64,000 bases of DNA from positions 1-64,000 of the IMG/VR virus record IMGVR_UViG_3300025849_002481; one strand, 5' to 3'. Below are positions 59,011 through 64,000 of the stretch, piece by piece. The translations under genes were made by a program, and so were the position numbers. The first letter of the stretch is position 1, and each line of letters opens with the position of its first letter. The notes beneath the pieces are model-generated. The model had not been told where the DNA came from and did no database searches. It was given only the letters and a program-made list of their open reading frames with translations. The DNA is from a virus.

Positions 59011-60479
59011 TCACCTGGGGGATTTCAGCTAACAGTCACGATGCTGCACTAGCAGTGTTTACAGACAACGGACTAGAGTTTGCTAGTCACGCTGAACGTT
59101 TTAGCGGAGTTAAGAATGACCCACATCTCAATAAAGAGATAATTAACTATGCACGTAAATGGGGAGAGCCAGATGAAGTTGTTTGGTACGAAAAGCCTTT
59201 TAGAAAAACTCTTAGACAGCTTCGAGCAGGACAAGGATTCAACTTTAGGGAAAACAATATTAATCGTTATCTTCGACAGTATGGGATATCTGCTCCTATT
59301 CGTACTGTTTCTCATCATCATTCCCATGCTGCTGCCGGTTATTATACTTCCCCTTTTACAGAAGCCACTGTTGTTTGTATTGACAGTATTGGAGAATTTG
59401 AAACTCTTACCATATGGGAAGGAGAAGGAACTAGACTTAAAAAAGTCTATTCACAAGGATACCCCAACTCTATCGGACTTTGGTATTCGGCTCTCACACA
59501 AAGAGTAGGACTAAAACCTAACGAAGATGAATATATACTAATGGGTATGGCCGCTTATGGAGACCCTCAACGTTTATGGAACGACATGTATGAAATGTTT
59601 GATTACATTGACGGACCTGACATTAGATTTAAAGAGAACTTACACCGAGGGTGCAAGCAATGGAAGCCAGAGCTTACTACAGAACAAGATATGTTTGACA
59701 TTGCAGCTGTAACCCAAAAGACATATGAGTTTACCCTAGAGCAAATATTGGCATGGGCCAAGAAGAACACAAAGAGCAATAACCTAGTTCTTATGGGAGG
59801 GTGTGCATTAAACTGTAGTGCTAACCATTTAGCCTATAAGTATTTTGATGACGTATGGATTATGCCAAACCCGGGCGATGCAGGATCAGCAATAGGGTCA
59901 GTATTAGCTCATAAGAAAGAACACATGCCCATGGATCATGCATACCTGGGTTACAACATTGAAGGAGACTACCCAGTTGAAGAAGCAATCAGCGAACTTA
60001 AGAAAACGGGAATCGTGGGCGTTGCGAATGGTCGGGCGGAGTTTGGCCCTAGGGCTTTTGGCAATCGTAGCCTACTTGCTGATCCCAGGGGAAGGGATAT
60101 CAAAAGCAAAGTCAATGACATTAAGAAAAGACAACAGTTCAGACCCTTTGCTCCCGTGGTGCTCGCAGAACACGCAAGCAAAAACTTCAAAGGACACTAT
60201 AATAACTATATGCAGTTTACCTCCAAGTGCAAACATCCATTCCTGTATCCTGCCATCACCCACGTGGACGGCACAAGTAGAGTACAAACTGTTGAAGCAG
60301 ATGGAAGCGGGATTAGAAGATTGTTAGAAGCATGGTATGAGGAAACAGGCTGTCCAATGTTGTTGAACACTTCGCTCAATATCAAGGGCAAGCCCATGGT
60401 AAATAACTTGACAGATGCACAAGAGTTTGCTATAATGTATAATGTAAAAGTATGTACAAAGGCTACAGATGACAACTAG
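59007..60479 (+). CDS. Second carbamoyltransferase (CmcH/NodU family)
   Basis: HDAA, HHHSHAA, DSIGE, EYILMG.A.YG, GGCALNC, GDAG, EFGPRAFGNRS, RPFAP, HVDGTSRVQT, NTSLN. Confidence 0.92.
   Translation: MITWGISANSHDAALAVFTDNGLEFASHAERFSGVKNDPHLNKEIINYARKWGEPDEVVWYEKPFRKTLRQLRAGQGFNFRENNINRYLRQYGISAPIRTVSHHHSHAAAGYYTSPFTEATVVCIDSIGEFETLTIWEGEGTRLKKVYSQGYPNSIGLWYSALTQRVGLKPNEDEYILMGMAAYGDPQRLWNDMYEMFDYIDGPDIRFKENLHRGCKQWKPELTTEQDMFDIAAVTQKTYEFTLEQILAWAKKNTKSNNLVLMGGCALNCSANHLAYKYFDDVWIMPNPGDAGSAIGSVLAHKKEHMPMDHAYLGYNIEGDYPVEEAISELKKTGIVGVANGRAEFGPRAFGNRSLLADPRGRDIKSKVNDIKKRQQFRPFAPVVLAEHASKNFKGHYNNYMQFTSKCKHPFLYPAITHVDGTSRVQTVEADGSGIRRLLEAWYEETGCPMLLNTSLNIKGKPMVNNLTDAQEFAIMYNVKVCTKATDDN
60408..60436 (+). 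promoter_or_regulatory. Sigma70-type promoter for the helicase gene, embedded in the upstream CDS
   Basis: TTGACA-17 bp-TATAAT. Confidence 0.75.
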
Positions 60480-61887
60480 ACAAAATACAGATTATGGTTA
60501 TGATATACAGAAAGTATATCTAGAAATGTTTATGACAGATGCTGAAAGTTTTATACGCTGTCAAGGTGTATTTGATCCAAAGACATTTGATAGACGACTA
60601 CAGTTGCCAGCTGAATTTATTAAAACATATGTAGAAGAACATAATGCGTTACCTACATTTGATATAGTAAATGCAGCCGCAGATGTTAATTTAAAACACC
60701 CAGGTGATTTAGCAGAGAATCACTATGATTGGTTGTTACAAGACTTTGAAACATTCAGTAAACACAAAGCACTAGAGGCTGCTATTCTTAAGAGTGCAGA
60801 CTTACTTGAATCAGGTGAGTATGGTGCGTGTGAAGATTTAGTTAAACAGGCTGTGCAGATTGGATTGCAAAAAGACTTAGGCACAGACTATTGGGCTGAC
60901 CCTAGAGCAAGGTTGATGGCTATCAAAGATAAGAACGGACAGATATCTACAGGCTGGCCTACACTAGATAAGAAACTGTTTGGCGGATTCAACAGAGGCG
61001 AACTGAATATCTTTGCAGGAGGTTCAGGCTCTGGTAAGAGTTTGTTTATGGCAAACTTAGGTGTGAACTGGTGTATGCAAGGATTAAACGTAATGTACTT
61101 AACGTTTGAACTTTCAGAGAACTTAGTTAGTATGCGTCTTGATAGTATGACAACAGATATTCCAAGTAGAGATATTTTTAAAAGTATCGATGATGTTGAA
61201 ATGAAAGTCAAGATGATTGGTAAGAAGAATGGTGCATTCCAAGTTAAGTACATGCCTACAGGTAAAACAGCAAATGATGTACGTGCATACTTAAAAGAAT
61301 ATGAAATTAAAACAGGCAAGAAAGTAGATGTACTATTGATTGACTACTTAGATCTTATGCATCCAATTGGTCAAAAGATTAGTGCAGAGAACTTGTTTGT
61401 AAAAGACAAGTATGTATCAGAAGAACTACGTAACTTGGCAATGGAATTAAACACAATCTTTGTTACAGCATCACAGCTGAATAGAAGTAGTGTAGAAGAG
61501 ATTGAGTTTGATCATTCGCATATTAGTGGTGGTATATCTAAGATCAATACAGCAGATAATTTGATTGGTATCTTTACAAGTCGTGCTATGCGTGAGCGCG
61601 GACGCTATCAAATACAGTTAATGAAAACTAGAAGTAGTAGTGGCGTGGGTATGAAAGTTGATCTAGGGTTTGATGTAGATACATTGCGTATTGTAGACCT
61701 TGGCGAAGATGAACAAGATGGCGGCTCAGCTACACAGGGTAACGGAGCAAGCTCAATTGTTAATGCGTTAAAGCGTACTAACACTCCAAGTGAATCACCA
61801 GAAGAAGGTGTTCCGGCAGGTAAGATACGTGCTGAAACTGATAGCACAAAGCTAAGAGCGTTTCTTAATAATCTTGACGGCGAGTAG
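60469..61887 (+). CDS. Replicative DnaB-like helicase (gp41-like)
   Basis: GGSGSGKS, FELSE, IDYLDLM, SEELR.LA.E, TASQLNR, MKTR. Confidence 0.93.
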   Translation: MTTRQNTDYGYDIQKVYLEMFMTDAESFIRCQGVFDPKTFDRRLQLPAEFIKTYVEEHNALPTFDIVNAAADVNLKHPGDLAENHYDWLLQDFETFSKHKALEAAILKSADLLESGEYGACEDLVKQAVQIGLQKDLGTDYWADPRARLMAIKDKNGQISTGWPTLDKKLFGGFNRGELNIFAGGSGSGKSLFMANLGVNWCMQGLNVMYLTFELSENLVSMRLDSMTTDIPSRDIFKSIDDVEMKVKMIGKKNGAFQVKYMPTGKTANDVRAYLKEYEIKTGKKVDVLLIDYLDLMHPIGQKISAENLFVKDKYVSEELRNLAMELNTIFVTASQLNRSSVEEIEFDHSHISGGISKINTADNLIGIFTSRAMRERGRYQIQLMKTRSSSGVGMKVDLGFDVDTLRIVDLGEDEQDGGSATQGNGASSIVNALKRTNTPSESPEEGVPAGKIRAETDSTKLRAFLNNLDGE

Positions 61888-62140
61888 AAGCTAATATTAT
61901 TTCAGGATCTAATAAATAATTTCCTGAATCGTTAACTAGACGAACACGGAATTCCCAATCTGAAGCACCGCCTAACTTAGATTCATTTAGGCTAGCAGCA
62001 AATTGCAAACTCCTTTGATAAGCATCTTTTAGATTACGACAGCGATCTGCTTCGGACATTTCAGTTTGTACATACTGTGTTTGCAATTTATTAGCTTTAT
62101 TGCTCCACGCTTGTATTAAATAGTAAGGTTTGATTTGCAT
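61865..62140 (-). CDS. Hypothetical protein
   Basis: ORF with FAASLN....GGA.DW; ATG 5 nt after a TAAGTA variant box. Confidence 0.5.
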   Translation of the reverse strand: MQIKPYYLIQAWSNKANKLQTQYVQTEMSEADRCRNLKDAYQRSLQFAASLNESKLGGASDWEFRVRLVNDSGNYLLDPEIILASTRRQDY

Positions 62141-62179
62141 ACTATTACTTATATACATAAATACTAAAAAGGATTAAGT

Positions 62180-64000
62180 ATGAGACCACAACGTTCGTTA
62201 AGACTTGAAAAAAGATCTGCAAGAAGTTTAGATACACTATCTGGCGCTAGTGGTGAAATTTTCTATGATGTCGCTAATGGTACACTAAGACTGTACACAG
62301 ACAATGCAGGTTCCGAAGTTAAAATGGCAACGCAACCTTGGGTAAGTTCTCAACTAGGCGTACAAGGTACCAGCATACAATATTCAAATCTAATAGGAGC
62401 TCCAACATCATTAAGTGCATTTACAAACGATGTTGGTTTTATTATAGGCGGCGACGAGGGCGAAGATGGAATTACTTCTGCTAATATAACTTGGGTAGTT
62501 TACGAACAACTAGCTGACTTACCTCCAGCTGCAGATAATCACGGTATGTTTGCACATGTACACGGTACAGGGAGAGCATACTATGCCCATGCAGGTCTTT
62601 GGGTACAACTTGCTAATCAAACAGATATAGATGACATTGACCTCACTGGACTAGGTATTACGTATACACTTACTGAACTTAATGGTCTAGTTACATTAAC
62701 TTCTTCAGAAGGTGATACAACATCAGTAAGCGTTCTTACAGCAAGTGGAGCCACACTTACAGGCAACCTAGCGTTCAACGACGATGTTGCAGCAACATTT
62801 GGTAGTGCAGGAGATTTATCTATTAGAAACGTTGGGGGCCAATTCGGAACAGGTCCAACTATTTCTAGTAGTAGTACACTTACTGTATCTCCAACTACTA
62901 GTTTATTATTATCATCAGCTGATGTTGCTCTAAGTGCAACTGGTGCTTTACTTTTAAATAGCCAACAATGGCCAAGTACTGGAGGAGGCAATGCTGGATA
63001 TGTATTAGCAACTAATGGTTCAAATACAACAACATGGACTAACCCAGCAAGCGCATTTAGTGTTACTACAGCAGCGGCTGGAACACAAAGTTTAACGTAT
63101 GATAATACAACAGGAATATTTACATTTACTCCTGAGGATCTATCATCGTTAGGATTTAGTGCAGGTGTTACAATTAATGAATTCTCTAGTGATAGTACAC
63201 TAGGCGGTGGCGGAGCAGCCAATAATAAAGTATCAACACAATTAGCTGTTAAGTCATATGTTGACACAGCCGTTACTAACGGTGCTGGTGCACAAGACGT
63301 TTACAAGAACGTAGTTAGCGATGATGGCACGGCTGTTGCTACAGGGTTAACTGATTCGTTAACTATACAAGGTGGAACAAACATAGCCACAGCTATACCT
63401 AGTAACAGTGACACAGTACAAATTAATATGTCAGCATTTAGTATTAACTTCTTAAGCGATGTGGATACAACTAGTAACACTCCATCTACAGGCGAAGTAC
63501 TAAAATGGGATGGAACAAAATGGGCACCTGGCACAGATGCAACAACAGGTGGTGCAGGCACAGACGCTGACACACTAGATGGCTTTGACGGCTCGTATTA
63601 TTTAAACTACAATAACTTTTCAAACACACCAACTGTACTTACACTAGCCAGCATAAGCGTAGGTAACGAACTTACAGCTTCAGGCGATGGTGCTATCAGC
63701 TATGATAACAGCACAGGTGTGTTCCGTTATACTCCGCCAGACCTAAGTAGTTACTTGACTACTTACACAGAATCAAATGATTTAACATCTGCAGTAACAT
63801 GGGCTAATGTTCCAGATGCAAATATTACACAAGGCAGTGTTACACAGCACCAAGCTTCATTAAGTATAACAGAATCGCAAATAAGTGATCTACAAACTTA
63901 TCTAACAAGCTACACTGTGCAAGCAAGTGACCTTAATACTATTAGCGTAGGCGCACTTAGTGATGTTGACATAGGAACTCCTCAAAATGGTCAAGTACTA
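62180..64000 (+). CDS. Tail fibre/structural protein, 3'-truncated (not in ORF track)
   Basis: TAAATA at 62158, SD AAGGA, frame open to the window end. MRPQRSLRLEK..., GEIFYD, HVHG..AYYAH, LSDVD, GEVLKWDG.KW.PG, YDNSTGVF.YTP. Confidence 0.8.
   Translation, partial: MRPQRSLRLEKRSARSLDTLSGASGEIFYDVANGTLRLYTDNAGSEVKMATQPWVSSQLGVQGTSIQYSNLIGAPTSLSAFTNDVGFIIGGDEGEDGITSANITWVVYEQLADLPPAADNHGMFAHVHGTGRAYYAHAGLWVQLANQTDIDDIDLTGLGITYTLTELNGLVTLTSSEGDTTSVSVLTASGATLTGNLAFNDDVAATFGSAGDLSIRNVGGQFGTGPTISSSSTLTVSPTTSLLLSSADVALSATGALLLNSQQWPSTGGGNAGYVLATNGSNTTTWTNPASAFSVTTAAAGTQSLTYDNTTGIFTFTPEDLSSLGFSAGVTINEFSSDSTLGGGGAANNKVSTQLAVKSYVDTAVTNGAGAQDVYKNVVSDDGTAVATGLTDSLTIQGGTNIATAIPSNSDTVQINMSAFSINFLSDVDTTSNTPSTGEVLKWDGTKWAPGTDATTGGAGTDADTLDGFDGSYYLNYNNFSNTPTVLTLASISVGNELTASGDGAISYDNSTGVFRYTPPDLSSYLTTYTESNDLTSAVTWANVPDANITQGSVTQHQASLSITESQISDLQTYLTSYTVQASDLNTISVGALSDVDIGTPQNGQVL

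Noticed and set aside
1-64000. CRISPR array, tRNA, rRNA, IS or integrase
   Set aside because: Intergenic gaps are short, and by eye none shows spaced direct repeats, cloverleaf motifs or transposase signatures. A covariance-model scan would be needed to exclude small RNAs fully.
1-64000. Stop-codon reassignment
   Set aside because: Conserved genes are full length in the standard code, and TAA, TAG and TGA all terminate genes at expected ends.

Overview
AT-rich segment of a large T4-like (contractile-tail) bacteriophage genome, probably infecting a Gram-negative host. It uses the standard genetic code. I found no tRNA, rRNA, CRISPR array or intact mobile element. Core genes: tail fibre/baseplate proteins, neck and tail-completion proteins (gp13/14/15-like), tail sheath and tube, gp4-like head completion protein, small and large terminase, gp32 SSB, UvsX, UvsY, UvsW, gp62-like clamp-loader subunit, primase and gp41 helicase. 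Interleaved with these is a very large glycan-building toolkit: ADP-heptose synthesis (GmhB, HldD, HldE) with a GT9-like transferase; CMP-Kdo synthesis (KdsA, KdsB) with four KpsS/GT107-like domains; GT25, GT8-like and GT-A transferases; two methyltransferases; two sulfotransferase-like proteins; an APS-kinase module; two carbamoyltransferases; an SGNH protein; cupins; and three 2OG-Fe(II) oxygenases. The most unusual items are: (i) a 189-aa miniature DnaE polymerase core that keeps all three catalytic aspartates and is coupled to an unannotated 28-aa membrane peptide; (ii) the coherent Kdo/heptose/sulfate/carbamoyl glycan pathway; (iii) an unannotated 36-aa 'PFIY' peptide + SGNH + carbamoyltransferase cassette that resembles sxtK-sxtL-sxtI; (iv) systematic promoter-adjacent, probably leaderless starts; (v) a possible degenerate Hint-fold protein after uvsW. 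All assignments come from reading motifs by eye. No database search was run, and several starts were corrected relative to the ORF track.
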